From assembly GCA_035466075.1 (NCBI GenBank), contig DATIVG010000128.1:1109-65108 (forward strand): a DNA stretch of 64,000 nt, written 5' to 3'. Every line of letters begins with the position of its first letter. Positions within the stretch are counted from its first letter, which is position 1. This document shows, one piece after another, positions 37,801 to 47,846 of the stretch. This DNA is from Nodosilinea sp. (lineage in GTDB: Bacteria; Cyanobacteriota; Cyanobacteriia; Phormidesmidales; Phormidesmidaceae). Made by a program: the position numbers and the translations under genes. The notes under the pieces were generated by a model, which was given only the letters and a program-made list of their open reading frames with translations, did no database searches and had not been told where the DNA came from.

Positions 37801-39422
37801 AAGAAGCTGTCAACGTCGGCAAGAGCAGAGCCATCGGCGGCTAGGCTTTCGCTTTCGTCATCGAACTCAAAGAAGTTGTCTAAGGGGGGACGAGAGGGTG
37901 GCGAGGCGGGGGGCTCAGCGGGGAGATCGTCGAGGAAATCAGCTGGGGCGGCGGCGCTAGCCCCTGGATTGCTCCTGGTGGGCTCCGACTCTAGCCAGTC
38001 GAGGGCAGCGGGAGGCGGGGTGGGGCTTTCATCTAAGTCATAGCCAAAGAGGGTGGCCATGTCGTCGATGGCCTGGTCTTGGGCGGAAACCGGGGGGGCA
38101 TCGGTGGCCAGCAAGTCGGCGAATTCGGTCTCTAAATCGGCTGCTTCGTCGTCGGCCTCGTCGCTTTTATCGCCTAGACCTAGATCTGCGAAGGATATCT
38201 CGGCCAGGTTTTCTTCTTCCCAGATGTCAGTGAGCCCATTGGGAGCGCTTTCAAAGAGGTCAGCTAGGCTGTTGAGTTCCGCTGCACCCACTTCGGGGCC
38301 AATGTTGCCCTGGCTGGGGCTGGAGGGCAGGGCTGGCCCCTGGGAGAGCTCGGTGTCTACGGTGTCAAAGAGAGCATCGAGGCCGGCATCGGTAATGTTG
38401 TCGGGCTCGTCTAGGTCGAGCTGGTCGAGCCAGTCGGCGGCATTGGCCATGCCCAGGTCGTCGCTGTCGCCAGCCTCGGCGGCGGCAAATAGATCGGCTA
38501 GGTCAGGCTCGGTTGAGTCGTCGTTGAGGGCTTCGGCCAGGAGGGCATCGAGGGTGGAGTCGTCGCTGATTGCCGGGCCTAGATCGGCGGCGGGAATGGG
38601 CAGCAGAGCAGCTAGGGCTGGGGAGGCATTCACTTGGCTCACACTGCCTGCCATCACCTGATCTTGGGCCTGCTTGAGGTCTTTGATCACGATGGGAGCC
38701 AGGGTGCGGTAGGTTTGGGCAGGATTTGCGATCGCACCATCCACCGCCTGAATCAGACTGCACCACTCGCTCAGCTCAAACTGCTCACCAATGCTGCGCA
38801 GTCGCTGGCAGAGCTGCCCCAGGGCGCGGCGAGAGGTGGGGGCATCGGGCTGCTTAAAGGTCGACAACATGTCGCGCAACAGCGCCGGTACATCGCTGCG
38901 AAACACCAGCTGCAGGGCGCTGGTCTCGGGGTGCGCGGCGGCCGCCATGACCGTCGTCGGCCGTGGCGCTGGCGCTGGTGCCGGAGCGGCCGCGGGGGCT
39001 GCCGCCACCAGCGCCTCCAGGTGAGCCTCAGCCTGGTCAAAAATCGGCTCCAGGGGGGTGAGAATTTCCTGGGCCTGGTCCTCGGTGAGGCCAAAGGGGC
39101 TCTGGAGCTGCTCCAGCTGCTCCTGGAGACCGTCAAAGATTTGCAGCAGCATCGACTCCAGGTCGCGGTCAGGGCGCAGCGGCGACTCTTTCATAATTTT
39201 GAAAAAGTCCTCCATGCGGTGGGAGGTGCGCTGAATGCTGTTGAGACCGAGCATGGCGGCCCCCCCCTTGACCGAGTGGGCCGCCCGAAAGACTTCATTC
39301 ATCATCTCGGAGTCGTTCACCGTGGCGCCCAAATTGAGCAGACCCTGCTCAATGGTGTTGAGGTGATCCTTGGCTTCTTCGATGAAGTACCCCAAGATTC
39401 GTTTTTGATCTTCAGGCAGCAT
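34860..39422 (-). CDS. pilL: Hybrid CheA histidine kinase/response regulator of the Pil/Hmp system (PilL/HmpE)
   Basis: Hpt (FRAAHSVKGGAAMLG), long acidic linker, dimerisation domain, HATPase (NAITHG, DDGGG, GRGVGMDVV), CheW, and receiver (DDS...DIEMP). Confidence 0.93.
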   Translation of the reverse strand: MLPEDQKRILGYFIEEAKDHLNTIEQGLLNLGATVNDSEMMNEVFRAAHSVKGGAAMLGLNSIQRTSHRMEDFFKIMKESPLRPDRDLESMLLQIFDGLQEQLEQLQSPFGLTEDQAQEILTPLEPIFDQAEAHLEALVAAAPAAAPAPAPAPRPTTVMAAAAHPETSALQLVFRSDVPALLRDMLSTFKQPDAPTSRRALGQLCQRLRSIGEQFELSEWCSLIQAVDGAIANPAQTYRTLAPIVIKDLKQAQDQVMAGSVSQVNASPALAALLPIPAADLGPAISDDSTLDALLAEALNDDSTEPDLADLFAAAEAGDSDDLGMANAADWLDQLDLDEPDNITDAGLDALFDTVDTELSQGPALPSSPSQGNIGPEVGAAELNSLADLFESAPNGLTDIWEEENLAEISFADLGLGDKSDEADDEAADLETEFADLLATDAPPVSAQDQAIDDMATLFGYDLDESPTPPPAALDWLESEPTRSNPGASAAAPADFLDDLPAEPPASPPSRPPLDNFFEFDDESESLAADGSALADVDSFFAAAEADLNQSDNAHTLPELNLDFDEVVDNAPTPITPSTPESFFADADADAFSTDNSNIDEFSSGGVNLDDDIDLFGSDSSPIDNSLADDPFGDLVLEDSPFDSAFEAAFTAPSPPESTEPANLETADLEVADLEVADLDIDDALESATPEEWAAPDHQGNVTESMALETADFGALDSLLEDSVTDDPFDFDEPTPPLAPTPENADTQPGFDSSWESGSIFNGTETEGPGLYDDGAFDDLEALLDADSLADEQPPSGIDHALSSNGNGAGDHSAATSWPGNAASVEAGDDEFGDLEKLLEEADQLGGSAPTLASRRGAAAPSARRSPRRASSTTDQTMRVSVGHLDTLSNLVGELVVNRNSLEQDQERLRQFLDNLLHQVSQLNDVGQRMRDLYERSLLESSLIANRQAFALGVSSQPSSSSHATGATFDALEMDRFTGFHTLSQEMIELIVRVREASSDIEFTIDSTDQIARQFRQVTTQLQEGLNKARMVPFGQTADRLPRAVRDISLKCGKEAKLVVEGRDTLIDKMILERLYDPMTHLVNNAITHGIESPEERLATGKTTEGTITVRAFYQGNQTVIYIADDGGGINPAVVKAKALKQGLITPAEAQSMTEIEVYDLLFLPGFSTRDQADDFSGRGVGMDVVRTALADIRGSITIESEVGKGTSFTIRLPLTLSITKALSCVNNQARIAFPMDGVEDMFDVPKERIQTDDQGHSCILWRDTLLPFRPLAELLRFNRTLGRGRVYGGPQDEDVVSMVVLRSASTFIALQVDQVIGEQEIVIKQLEGPVPKPIGIAGATVLGDGRVMPIADVLELIDLASGRLRRDSSTSLWTQTVDEEPVEVVDQTDPTVLIVDDSITVRELLSMSFNKVGYRVEQARDGQEAWEKLRSGLPCDLVFCDIEMPRMDGLELLSRMQKDSALSQIPIAMLTSRGADRHRQMAVDLGARGYFTKPYLEEMLLDAAQRMLKGENMIPKKAE
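37384..37443 (-). repeat. In-frame 15-nt tandem repeat x4 in the CheA acidic linker (ADLEV-type)
   Basis: tcaaggtcagcaact x2, tcaaggtcggcggtt, tcaaggttggccggt. Confidence 0.75.
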
Positions 39423-39485
39423 GTCGATTCCCCTCTGAATGCTTTCCTACCGTGACCCGCTCACTCCCATTGGGCTGAACTGCAC

Positions 39486-42119
39486 CTAGCTGTTAGTCTT
39501 GTTGACCTTAAATCGCTCCACCGAGGTCAGCAGGTCGCGGGCGACCCCCACCAGGTTTTGCAGAGACCCCGACACCCGCTGAGCCTCCTGGGAGGTTTCT
39601 TGGGCGGTGAGTTCCACCGATTGCATGACCTGGGCCACGGCGCGGGAGGTCTCGGTTTGCTCGACGGTGTCGGCGGTAATCGACCGCACCAGCACGTCGA
39701 TGCGGTTCGACACCTGAATGATGTCTTCGAGCGACCGCTTCGCCTGTTCGGCCAGGCGGGTGCCCTCAATTACCTGCTGGGTGCCCTCTTCCATGGCGGT
39801 CATCACCCCGCCGGTCTCACTCTGAATTTGCAGTACGATCTGCTCGATTTCCTTCGAGGCCTTGGCGGCTCGGTCGGCCAGCTGCCGCACCTCGTCGGCC
39901 ACAATCGCAAAGCCCCGGCCCGCTTCCCCGGCTCGGGCCGCCTCGATGCTGGCGTTGAGGGCCAGCAGGTTGGTGCGGGAGGCAATCTGCGAGATCAAAG
40001 CCACAATTTTAGAAATCTCCTGGGACGATTCGGCCAGGCGTTTGACCTTGCGGGTGGTCTCGGCCACCGTTTCGCGAATCTCCAGAATGCCCGCCACGGT
40101 GCGCTCCACCGACTCACCCCCCTTGAGGGCGGTCGATGACGCGGTGCGCGCCACCTCTTCGGCCTCGCGGGCGCTCTCGGCCACCCGCTGAATGGAGTCG
40201 GTCATCACCTGTACCGAGTTGAGGGTGACCGCCAGCTCCTCCGCCTGGCGCAGAGCGTCTGCCGAAAGGCTGCGGGCAAAAATCTCGTTCTCAGTAGAGC
40301 CTTTGCTCACCTGGCGAGCGGCCACGCTCACCTGTTCCACAATTTCCCGCAGGTTTTGAATGGTGAGGTTAAAGGAGTCGGCGACCGCCCCCAGCACGTC
40401 GGCGGTGACCTCTGCCTGCACGGTCAGGTCGCCCCGGGCGGCCCCCTCCACGTCGTCTAGTAGGCGAATTACCTGGCGCTGGAGGTCTTCCTTGGCCTGC
40501 TCTTGCTCCTGGGCCTTGCGCTGGGCCTCGCTGGTAGTGGTCAAGATCACCCGCGACATCTTGTTGAAGCTGTTGGACAGGTGGCCAAACTCGTCTTCGG
40601 TGAACACCGTGGCCCGGGCCGATAGATTGCCCTGGATGACGGTGTCAAACTGGTGTTGGAGGTCGCCAACGCTGCGCTTGACCTGGCGGTGGGCCAGGTG
40701 CCCTGCCCCCAGGGCGGTGCCAAACCCGGCGGCTCCGGCGGTCAGAGCCATGGCCGCGTGGACAACCTTGGGCATGTTGCGGCCAGGCTGGAGGGTGGAG
40801 GCGGCAAAGTTGACCACGCCGACGGCCAGGGCTGAGGCCACTCCGGCTGCGATCGCAACTATCAACTCCTTGGTTCCCAGCGGGGCATTATCCAAAAAAC
40901 CCAGCCAGTCCTGCTCAGCGGCCACCACCTCGCCATCGTGGCCATCGCCCTGGGTAAACACCGGCAAACTGTCAGTGGCCCCAGCAATACTAAAAATATC
41001 GTCATCGCTGATCGCCCCCTGATCGCCCATATCGCTGAGGTCAAAGGCCGAAGTGCCGCCCGTGGGGCCCATGGTGTCATCGGTAGAGTTGAGTCCAGAG
41101 GTGCCCACCGAGGGCGTCGTGAAACCCGCCGAGCTATCCGACAGTTCAAAATCTGGCAGGTTACCCAGATCGTCAAAATCGCTAAATTCATCCAAAAAGT
41201 CGACATTGCTGCCGGCCTGGGCACTGTCCTCCATCGACTGGCCGTAGCCATTGCCGCCGTAGTCGCTGTAGTCAGGGTTAGCGCTATCTCCAGCGGTGTC
41301 AAACTCATCGCCGAGCAGGTCGGGCTCAGGGGCAAAGACCGTCATATCGTCGCCGCCGTCATCCGCCGAGGGCCAGCCCTGGTTGCCCAGATCCGCAATC
41401 CCGGCATCGTAGTCATAGTCGCCGACCGCCGCCCCAAACGGATCCTCCGGAGGGGCCACCTCCAGCGAGTCAAAGCCCGCCTCATCGTCGAAGGTAATAT
41501 CTTCAAGCCCGCTAGAGCCCGCAGACCAGCCCGCACTGTTGCCCCGCGAGTCAGCCCCAAAGCTCGTCGCCTCTTCAGGGCTGAAGGGGTCGCTGAGATC
41601 CGCGGCAAAGGGATCGGCCAAACTGTTGGGGTCGGTGGCCATCGAGAGGGGAATATCCTCATCGAGGCTAAAGTCTCCCAGGTCGAGGTGGCTATCGGGC
41701 ATGGGCGTACCCGCAGCTGTGCCCATGCTGCTCTCAAGCCCCATCGACAGGGAAGCGCCCGCATCAAAAAAGGTATCGCCCGCATCGGTTTCGTAGGCCC
41801 CTGACTCAACCGGTGCCCCAGATGCAAACTGATTGGCGTAGTCCAAACCGTTGCTGGCGTAGTCAACGTACTCCGGCTCAGAGGTGAGCTCTAGCACGGC
41901 ACTGTACTGGGCAGCGGCGACATCGTACCGCTGCAAGCCGTAGCAGTAGATATGGCCCCGCAGCAGCAGCACGCTAGGGTCGTCGGGATAGTCCCCCGCT
42001 AGCTGGTCAATCGCCGCCGCCGCCTCTGGGTAGTTGCCCTGTACGTAAGCTTTTTCTGCTTTTTGATAGGCTTGAGAGTAATCAATGCCTGAAGCCATGG
42101 TCTTCTCCTGCCGGTGCAA
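39486..42119 (-). CDS. pilJ: Methyl-accepting chemotaxis protein with N-terminal TPR (PilJ/HmpD)
   Basis: TPR ([12 protein letters not shown]), acidic linker, 2 TM helices, HAMP domains, MA hairpin [34 protein letters not shown]. Confidence 0.92.
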   Translation of the reverse strand: MHRQEKTMASGIDYSQAYQKAEKAYVQGNYPEAAAAIDQLAGDYPDDPSVLLLRGHIYCYGLQRYDVAAAQYSAVLELTSEPEYVDYASNGLDYANQFASGAPVESGAYETDAGDTFFDAGASLSMGLESSMGTAAGTPMPDSHLDLGDFSLDEDIPLSMATDPNSLADPFAADLSDPFSPEEATSFGADSRGNSAGWSAGSSGLEDITFDDEAGFDSLEVAPPEDPFGAAVGDYDYDAGIADLGNQGWPSADDGGDDMTVFAPEPDLLGDEFDTAGDSANPDYSDYGGNGYGQSMEDSAQAGSNVDFLDEFSDFDDLGNLPDFELSDSSAGFTTPSVGTSGLNSTDDTMGPTGGTSAFDLSDMGDQGAISDDDIFSIAGATDSLPVFTQGDGHDGEVVAAEQDWLGFLDNAPLGTKELIVAIAAGVASALAVGVVNFAASTLQPGRNMPKVVHAAMALTAGAAGFGTALGAGHLAHRQVKRSVGDLQHQFDTVIQGNLSARATVFTEDEFGHLSNSFNKMSRVILTTTSEAQRKAQEQEQAKEDLQRQVIRLLDDVEGAARGDLTVQAEVTADVLGAVADSFNLTIQNLREIVEQVSVAARQVSKGSTENEIFARSLSADALRQAEELAVTLNSVQVMTDSIQRVAESAREAEEVARTASSTALKGGESVERTVAGILEIRETVAETTRKVKRLAESSQEISKIVALISQIASRTNLLALNASIEAARAGEAGRGFAIVADEVRQLADRAAKASKEIEQIVLQIQSETGGVMTAMEEGTQQVIEGTRLAEQAKRSLEDIIQVSNRIDVLVRSITADTVEQTETSRAVAQVMQSVELTAQETSQEAQRVSGSLQNLVGVARDLLTSVERFKVNKTNS

Positions 42120-42151
42120 ATGTCCTAAGGGGGTGAGGATGGGGCTAAGCC

Positions 42152-42682
42152 CTAGGTAGCCCAGCGGGCTGAGCGAATAACAGCGATGTGGTCAAGCAGC
42201 CTGAGGGTTTTGTGGTCTTCGGCATCCATCACCCACTCACCGCGCAAAAATGGGGCCATGGTATCTGGGCTGCTGTCCGAGACTCGGGTCTTGTCGGGGT
42301 TGAGCCAGCGGGTGCCCACAATGCGGTTGACGGCCAAGCCTAGCATAGTTCCCTGATCCTCAATGGCAATGACGGAAATCTCCGGTCGGTCAGTGTTGAG
42401 TATCGAGGCGTAGCCCAAAAACTGGCCCAGGTCAGCCACCCACACCACCCGGCCCTGCTCATTGAGAGTACCCAGCAACAGTTGCGACACGTTAGGAATC
42501 GGGGTGATGCGATCGGGGGGCTGCTCAATAATGCGGCGAATGCCGATGGCGGGCAGGGCAAACTCATCTTCGGCGGTAACAAAAAACCGCAGAAAAAGTT
42601 CGCCATCGGGGGTCTCCAGCTCTTGCAGTTCTGGATCTTGGTCTTGCCCGGCTTGAGTTAAAAAATCAGGATTGCCTACCAT
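42152..42682 (-). CDS. pilI: CheW-like adaptor (PilI/HmpC)
   Basis: ITPIPNV...[21 protein letters not shown]; located between cheY and the MCP gene. Confidence 0.92.
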   Translation of the reverse strand: MVGNPDFLTQAGQDQDPELQELETPDGELFLRFFVTAEDEFALPAIGIRRIIEQPPDRITPIPNVSQLLLGTLNEQGRVVWVADLGQFLGYASILNTDRPEISVIAIEDQGTMLGLAVNRIVGTRWLNPDKTRVSDSSPDTMAPFLRGEWVMDAEDHKTLRLLDHIAVIRSARWAT

Positions 42683-42696
42683 AGCCTCTCGTTGAG

Positions 42697-43074
42697 TTAT
42701 CCCCTCAGTAGTTGCTTAACCGTACCCACCAGCTCCATGGGTTGAAACGGTTTGGCGATATAAGCATCGGCCCCCTGCTTCATTCCCCAGTAGCGATCAA
42801 ACTCCTCCCCCTTCGAGGAGCACATCACCACCGGCACGTTTTGGGTGGATGGATCGGCCTTGATGCGGCGACACAGTTCGTAACCATTCATGCGGGGCAT
42901 CACAATGTCGAGCACAACCATGTCGGGGCGCTGGCTCTGCATTTGCTCTAGGGCCTCCATGCCATCGTTGGCAACGGTAACATTCAGGCCAATGCCGCGC
43001 AGTAGCTCGGTAATCATTTCCCGCTGAGGAAGGCTATCTTCCACCACTAGCACTGTACTCATAGGTTGATTCAA
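42697..43074 (-). CDS. pilH: CheY-like response regulator (PilH/HmpB)
   Basis: VLVVEDS...LDIVMPRMNGYE...WGMKQGADAYIAKPF. Confidence 0.93.
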   Translation of the reverse strand: MNQPMSTVLVVEDSLPQREMITELLRGIGLNVTVANDGMEALEQMQSQRPDMVVLDIVMPRMNGYELCRRIKADPSTQNVPVVMCSSKGEEFDRYWGMKQGADAYIAKPFQPMELVGTVKQLLRG

Positions 43075-43326
43075 AAGGGCCCGCTAAGATGGCCAAAACA
43101 AACCGACAGCCTTGGGCTACATCGCCCCGTATGCCTGGGGTTTAGACCAGAGAGCGGGGGAGCTGCGGCACAAATCTCAGGATGCTCCTGTGGTATTAAA
43201 GTACCCTCAAACCCAAGTCATGCCTTCGGTCTAGACAAACTAATCAACCCGATTGTTTAGATTATGGCGAATCTTATTGAAATTGACGCAAAAAAACTCC
43301 AGGACTAGCGCCCAGGCTAAGGAATG

Positions 43327-44598
43327 TTACCGGGGCACGGGAGCTTCACTAAAGTCAATGTCAAACTCGTCCTCGATGGCTTCGGCCAGCAGGGTGTCGG
43401 GGCGGGGGCGGTTGGGGTCGCCGGGGCCTACATACTTCTCCACCAGGGCCAGGAGCTCGCTGGGGCCGAAGGGTTTGGTCAGATAGTCGGTGGCCCCCAC
43501 CATTCTGGCCTTGACCCGATCTAAAAACCCCTCTTTGCCGGTCAGCATCACAATGGGAATCTGGCGAAAGGCGCTGGAGTGCCGCAGCATGGCGCAGAGC
43601 TCATAGCCGTCGAGCTCGGGCATGGTGATGTCGCAGAGAATCAGGTTGGGCTGGAGCTGAAACAGCAGCCCCAGGGCCTTGAGCGGGTTACCAATGGAGG
43701 TGGCCTCGTAGCCATGGCCGTCAAGAATTTGCTCTACGGCCTGACGGATGGAAGCGCTGTCGTCTACGCAGACGATGCGGGGTAGGCGCTCTGGGACTTG
43801 CCGCTGGCTGGGGGGAACCAGGGCGGGGCGCGCCGGGCTGTAAACGAGTGTGATTTGCCCCTGCTGAATGGCGGGCACCAGGCTGCGGGCCACGCTGAGC
43901 AGATCGCGGCTGAGGTAGCGAGCGATGCGCCGGATGGAGGTTTGGCCGTCCATCCAGGTGACCATGCGCTGATAGACCTGGTCTGAAACGCTGGCTCGAA
44001 ACGCCTCGGGGGCCAGCAGCACGGGGCACTGATCGGGGGATTGCAGGTGGGGGTGCAGCTGGTGCCAGGTTTGAATCTGCTGGGTGAGCCCCGCCACCAG
44101 ATCGCCGATGGGGTGGGTCATGAGCTGGGGGCTGAGGGCTGAGCTGAGCTGGAATACAAAGGCCCCGTGGTGCAGGCTGAGCAGATCAAACAGGGTTTCG
44201 TGCACCATATGGCTGAGCATGGTGCGGCCCTGGTCAGGGGTGATCAGGTGTTGCTCGAGGAGGGTCCAGAGGGTGCCGTACTCTAAGGAGTTGAAGGCTG
44301 CGATCGCAGCTGTTGTACTGGGGTCTGGCAGCGCCTGGTCAATCCCATAGCGGTGCAGGTGGTCGCGCAGGCGATCGAGCTTGTTGTCGGTGGCCCCGGC
44401 ATAGACCACCTGCCCATTGGCCAAAAACACCAGCCACGACGGCGGGTCAGCCGCCACCATCGCCTCCTCAAAGGGTAGCCCCTGGGCCTGATTGCCCACC
44501 CCGCTGTAGCTCTCCAGATACAGCTCGCCCGTGCGCTGCCCCAGCTCAATCAGCTGCAGAATGCTGCGAATATCAATTTCTGACAAGTAACCCTGCAT
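43327..44598 (-). CDS. pilG: PatA-type (PATAN + receiver) response regulator (PilG/HmpA)
   Basis: Start ATG 44598 (MQGYLSEIDIRSILQLIELGQRTGEL). C-terminal receiver CVDDS...CDITMP...GATDYLTKPF. Confidence 0.9.
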   Translation of the reverse strand: MQGYLSEIDIRSILQLIELGQRTGELYLESYSGVGNQAQGLPFEEAMVAADPPSWLVFLANGQVVYAGATDNKLDRLRDHLHRYGIDQALPDPSTTAAIAAFNSLEYGTLWTLLEQHLITPDQGRTMLSHMVHETLFDLLSLHHGAFVFQLSSALSPQLMTHPIGDLVAGLTQQIQTWHQLHPHLQSPDQCPVLLAPEAFRASVSDQVYQRMVTWMDGQTSIRRIARYLSRDLLSVARSLVPAIQQGQITLVYSPARPALVPPSQRQVPERLPRIVCVDDSASIRQAVEQILDGHGYEATSIGNPLKALGLLFQLQPNLILCDITMPELDGYELCAMLRHSSAFRQIPIVMLTGKEGFLDRVKARMVGATDYLTKPFGPSELLALVEKYVGPGDPNRPRPDTLLAEAIEDEFDIDFSEAPVPR

Positions 44599-45060
44599 GA
44601 GGCGACCCAAGGACGGCAAAAGCACCTGGTAACCAGGCCATCGGCAAATGCCCGAGATGGACTCAGCATGCCCTAACTGCTCATTTAATTTCACCCGGCA
44701 GCGGCATTGGCTGTCCCTGCCGCTGGGCTAAGCCCTCTATCCTACCTCTCAGGTGAAGCAAACGGCATGGCATACAAAAGTTGACCATACCCCCAGTATA
44801 CGGCCCTTCCCGAAGCCGATGCCCAGGGGCGAAGTTTGGCCCCGCCTCGCCAATGTTTTTGTCAATATTTAACGTCATGCTGACCGCGCGATCGCACCCA
44901 CGATTGGGCAACCTAAAGCCAGGCCGAGGCCATCGTTCGGGCCAGGCGCGTTCGGGCCAGGCGATCGCTAACTTCCACAAACTACTGTCTAGCTGGCCAA
45001 AATTAGCTAAGATGCCAGGTAGCTTAGCAGCAGCGCCAACGCGCAACTCTGGAAACCGCT

Positions 45061-45385
45061 GACCCAATCCTCCGCCAGTGTTTCACCCAGCGGTGTTGGG
45101 AGTCCTCCCGCCACTTCGGGGGGTCTCTTGCCACCTCAGTGAACTGACGAGTTAGCGGCAGCCATTGACCAGTTCAGGTTCAGAGTACAGCTTGGCCGTA
45201 GGGTGTAGACCGTTTATTTTTAGAGAAGAGAGAGTCTGGGCATGCTCTAGGCCGTCAACGTCACTCCTTTCCTCCGGCTTGCCAGGGTCGCGGGCATGGG
45301 TTATTCCATCGAGCCAACCATCAGGTATTGACCGGTCAAACGCTCTGCTGCGATGTCCCACCCTCTGCATCAGTCCTATCCCCCA
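45061..45385 (-). ncRNA. Candidate structured leader or sRNA upstream of the Pil/Hmp operon
   Basis: Lies in an ~820-bp gap without convincing ORFs. Contains nested hairpins, e.g. minus strand gac.ccaa.ccgctgg-gtgaaacac-tggcgg.ttgg.gtc and tgaactg...cagttca. Not assignable to a family by eye. Confidence 0.3.
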
Positions 45386-45418
45386 AAGTTAACGTTCTAA
45401 GCCACGAGGACCACCAGC

Positions 45419-47170
45419 GTGCTGTACCTAGCAGAAGTTCAAAAAAAGACTGGGTTTATCGGTAGCGGCAAACCCGAGTTTAAGCTGCTTGCCTGCCAGC
45501 GCAGTGAACACAGCTGGAGCACCGTAACCGGGGAAGAAACCCTCCCGGCACCCGACGATGCCTCCTACAACGCCGGGGCCCTGGTCATGGTCGATGTTGG
45601 CGGCAATCGCCAGGTGCAGCGCCACTACGAAGCCGGTCGCACCCTGACCAGCATCCTGCAGAACTTTTCTAATCTGAGCAAAAAGTCTAAGACCCAGGAA
45701 GAAGAAATTGAGCAGTGGAAACAGTCCCTGACCTTTCAAAGCCAGGAACTCAATCGGCGTGAGCTAGAACTAGAGACCCGCCAGGAGCAGGTAGAGCAGG
45801 CCGAAGCCGACCTAGAACAGCTCGATGCCCAGCGCCAGGAGCTCGAGCAGCTCAAGCAAACCCTGGAGCAGCAGCAGCAGGAGCTAACCCGCAAAAATCA
45901 AGATCTAGAAGGAGCCTGGGCCCACCTCAACGGTGAAATGCGTCGCCTGGAAGAGCAGCGGGCCGATGTAGATGCGGCGGGGGGACTAGACCCCGCCCAG
46001 GTCGCCAGCCTAGAAGGTGCCCTCAACCGCCTCACCGAGGCGGTCATGCCCGTGGAAGCCCTGCGCGAGCCCCTCACCCATGCCACCGATGGTCTCAATT
46101 ACCACCAGGGCCTGCTGGGCGACTACCGGCAATCCCTAGAGAGTCAGCAGCAGGGGCTAGAGCAGCGCCAGCAAGAGCTTGACCAACAGGCGGCCCAACT
46201 CGCCCAGCGCTGGGCCGCCTGGCACCAGGCAGAAACGGCTCTAGTCGCCCAGCGCGAAGACTTAAAACTGCGCCAGCAGACCGTTCAAGGGCAGCAAGAG
46301 CAGGTGCACGCGCTGTCGATGACCCTCCAGGCCCAGGTAAGCCTCCACCAGCAAATCTACGGTCTGCTCAACCCTACCGACAAAGTGCGCCTCAGCAAAA
46401 AAGTTGATGTGGCAGCGCTGGAGGCCATGGGGCTTGAAGATCTACAGACCCTCGTAGGCGACCTCGAAAAAGATCTAGAGAAAATGTCTCGTTTTGTCTC
46501 CGACCAGGAGGAAGAGCTGACCCTAGAGCTCCAGGTTTTAGAAGGCATCAAGACCAAAATTGAGCAGGCCAACGAATTTGATCGCCTCCAGCTGGGGACT
46601 GAGCTGGCCGAGGAGCAAGACCGCTACCAGATGCTCAACGAGACCCTAGTGGGCCAGCGGCGCAACCTGCTGGAGCGAGAAGAGGTACTCAGCCAGCACC
46701 AAGCCGTGCTGCGCCGTCGCCAGGGGCTAGCGGTGGAAGAGACCCCCATGAGCATGGTCAACCTTGAGCCCCTGCTCAACACCATTGACGCCCAGCGCCA
46801 GCAGACCACAGACACTATGCAGACGCTGGAGGCCGATATCAAACAGGGCCAGGAGGCCATTGGCCAACTCAAGCGAACTATTGAAGCAGCTGAAGCGGCC
46901 CTGGCTACCCAGCGCACCGAGGTTGAGAGCTTTGAGGCCAATCTGCGCCAGCAGCAGCAAGACCTGGCTAGCCTGGGAGGTAAGCTAGCGGTCTGTGAAG
47001 AGCTGCTCAACCCTGCCCAGGAGAGCGTCAGCGGCATGCGGCAGTCCTTAGAGAGCCTGGCCGAGGCGGTGACTAAGCTTCAGGAAGTCAATGACTATCA
47101 ACTCCAGGCCATTGCCGAACTGCGGCAAACTGCGGCCACGGTTGGTGCTCCCCAGGTGGCGGCCTCCTAG
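45419..47170 (+). CDS. hmpF: Pilus motility taxis protein HmpF (coiled coil)
   Basis: GTG start, MLYLAEVQKKTGFIGSGKPEFKLLACQRSE, QEEEIEQWKQSLTFQSQELNRRE. Divergent from the chemotaxis-like operon, as for Nostoc hmpF. Confidence 0.92.
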   Translation: MLYLAEVQKKTGFIGSGKPEFKLLACQRSEHSWSTVTGEETLPAPDDASYNAGALVMVDVGGNRQVQRHYEAGRTLTSILQNFSNLSKKSKTQEEEIEQWKQSLTFQSQELNRRELELETRQEQVEQAEADLEQLDAQRQELEQLKQTLEQQQQELTRKNQDLEGAWAHLNGEMRRLEEQRADVDAAGGLDPAQVASLEGALNRLTEAVMPVEALREPLTHATDGLNYHQGLLGDYRQSLESQQQGLEQRQQELDQQAAQLAQRWAAWHQAETALVAQREDLKLRQQTVQGQQEQVHALSMTLQAQVSLHQQIYGLLNPTDKVRLSKKVDVAALEAMGLEDLQTLVGDLEKDLEKMSRFVSDQEEELTLELQVLEGIKTKIEQANEFDRLQLGTELAEEQDRYQMLNETLVGQRRNLLEREEVLSQHQAVLRRRQGLAVEETPMSMVNLEPLLNTIDAQRQQTTDTMQTLEADIKQGQEAIGQLKRTIEAAEAALATQRTEVESFEANLRQQQQDLASLGGKLAVCEELLNPAQESVSGMRQSLESLAEAVTKLQEVNDYQLQAIAELRQTAATVGAPQVAAS

Positions 47171-47267
47171 CGTTGTTTTTCTGAGCCCGTCTTCCCTAAG
47201 CCGTTTTCAAGGGCCTGTTTAGGCATGCAGGTGCTAGAGTCAGCTGATACCGTCTTGAGAATTGTCC

Positions 47268-47477
47268 ATGAGCATTTGGGTCAACGAACAACTTGATCCG
47301 TCCGGCATTATTTACTCGTGCATTGCCTGCTGCGATGAAGCCCAGGCCCAGGCATGTCACCGGTCGTTTCAGGAGAATCTTACCGAGGAGCAGCGGGCCG
47401 CAGGCTGGACCGCCCAATTGCGTACAGTTCAAACCTGGGATGAGGTGCCTGTCAACGCCCTGAAGCTGAGCTACTAA
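47268..47477 (+). CDS. Small conserved cyanobacterial Cys-containing protein (often auto-annotated 'glycogen debranching protein')
   Basis: MSIWVNEQLDPSGIIYSCIACCDE...W..VPVNALKL. Confidence 0.75.
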   Translation: MSIWVNEQLDPSGIIYSCIACCDEAQAQACHRSFQENLTEEQRAAGWTAQLRTVQTWDEVPVNALKLSY

Positions 47478-47504
47478 CAGTTGAAGCAAAGCCGGTGATG
47501 TCAC

Positions 47505-47846
47505 TTATCGGCTAGACTGTCGCCATCGCCACCGCTGGTCAAGTAGGGTGCGGCTGAGCACGCGCACTGGGTCGTGGCTTTCTCCGGAAAATAGCGCAAA
47601 GTCTACCGGGCCCCAGGTTTGCTCAGCCTGTTCAGCTAGGGCCAGCAAAAACGGGTCATCTAGGGCGATGCGGTGATCTAGGCGCAGGGTGAGCAGAGGC
47701 AGGCCCTGATGCCCCGCACCCGAGACAACTCCCCAGTCGTGTTGGTCGAGCATCGTTTGCAGGGGGGAACCGGCAGCGCGGCGAAACTTGGACAGCTGCT
47801 CTTGTTTTTGCCTGAGTTCTTGCAGGAGTTGGTGATTGCTCAACAC
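47505..47846 (-). CDS. Conserved hypothetical protein
   Basis: Probable GTG start at 47846; HDWG.VSGAG..GLPLLTLR...WGP.DFALFS.E pattern. Confidence 0.65.
   Translation of the reverse strand: MLSNHQLLQELRQKQEQLSKFRRAAGSPLQTMLDQHDWGVVSGAGHQGLPLLTLRLDHRIALDDPFLLALAEQAEQTWGPVDFALFSGESHDPVRVLSRTLLDQRWRWRQSSR

Noticed and set aside
45030-45180. Call as a c-di-AMP (ydaO) riboswitch
   Set aside because: Only partial resemblance; the 3' CCGTCAGCTAAC..CGT consensus is absent. Kept only as an unassigned structured candidate.
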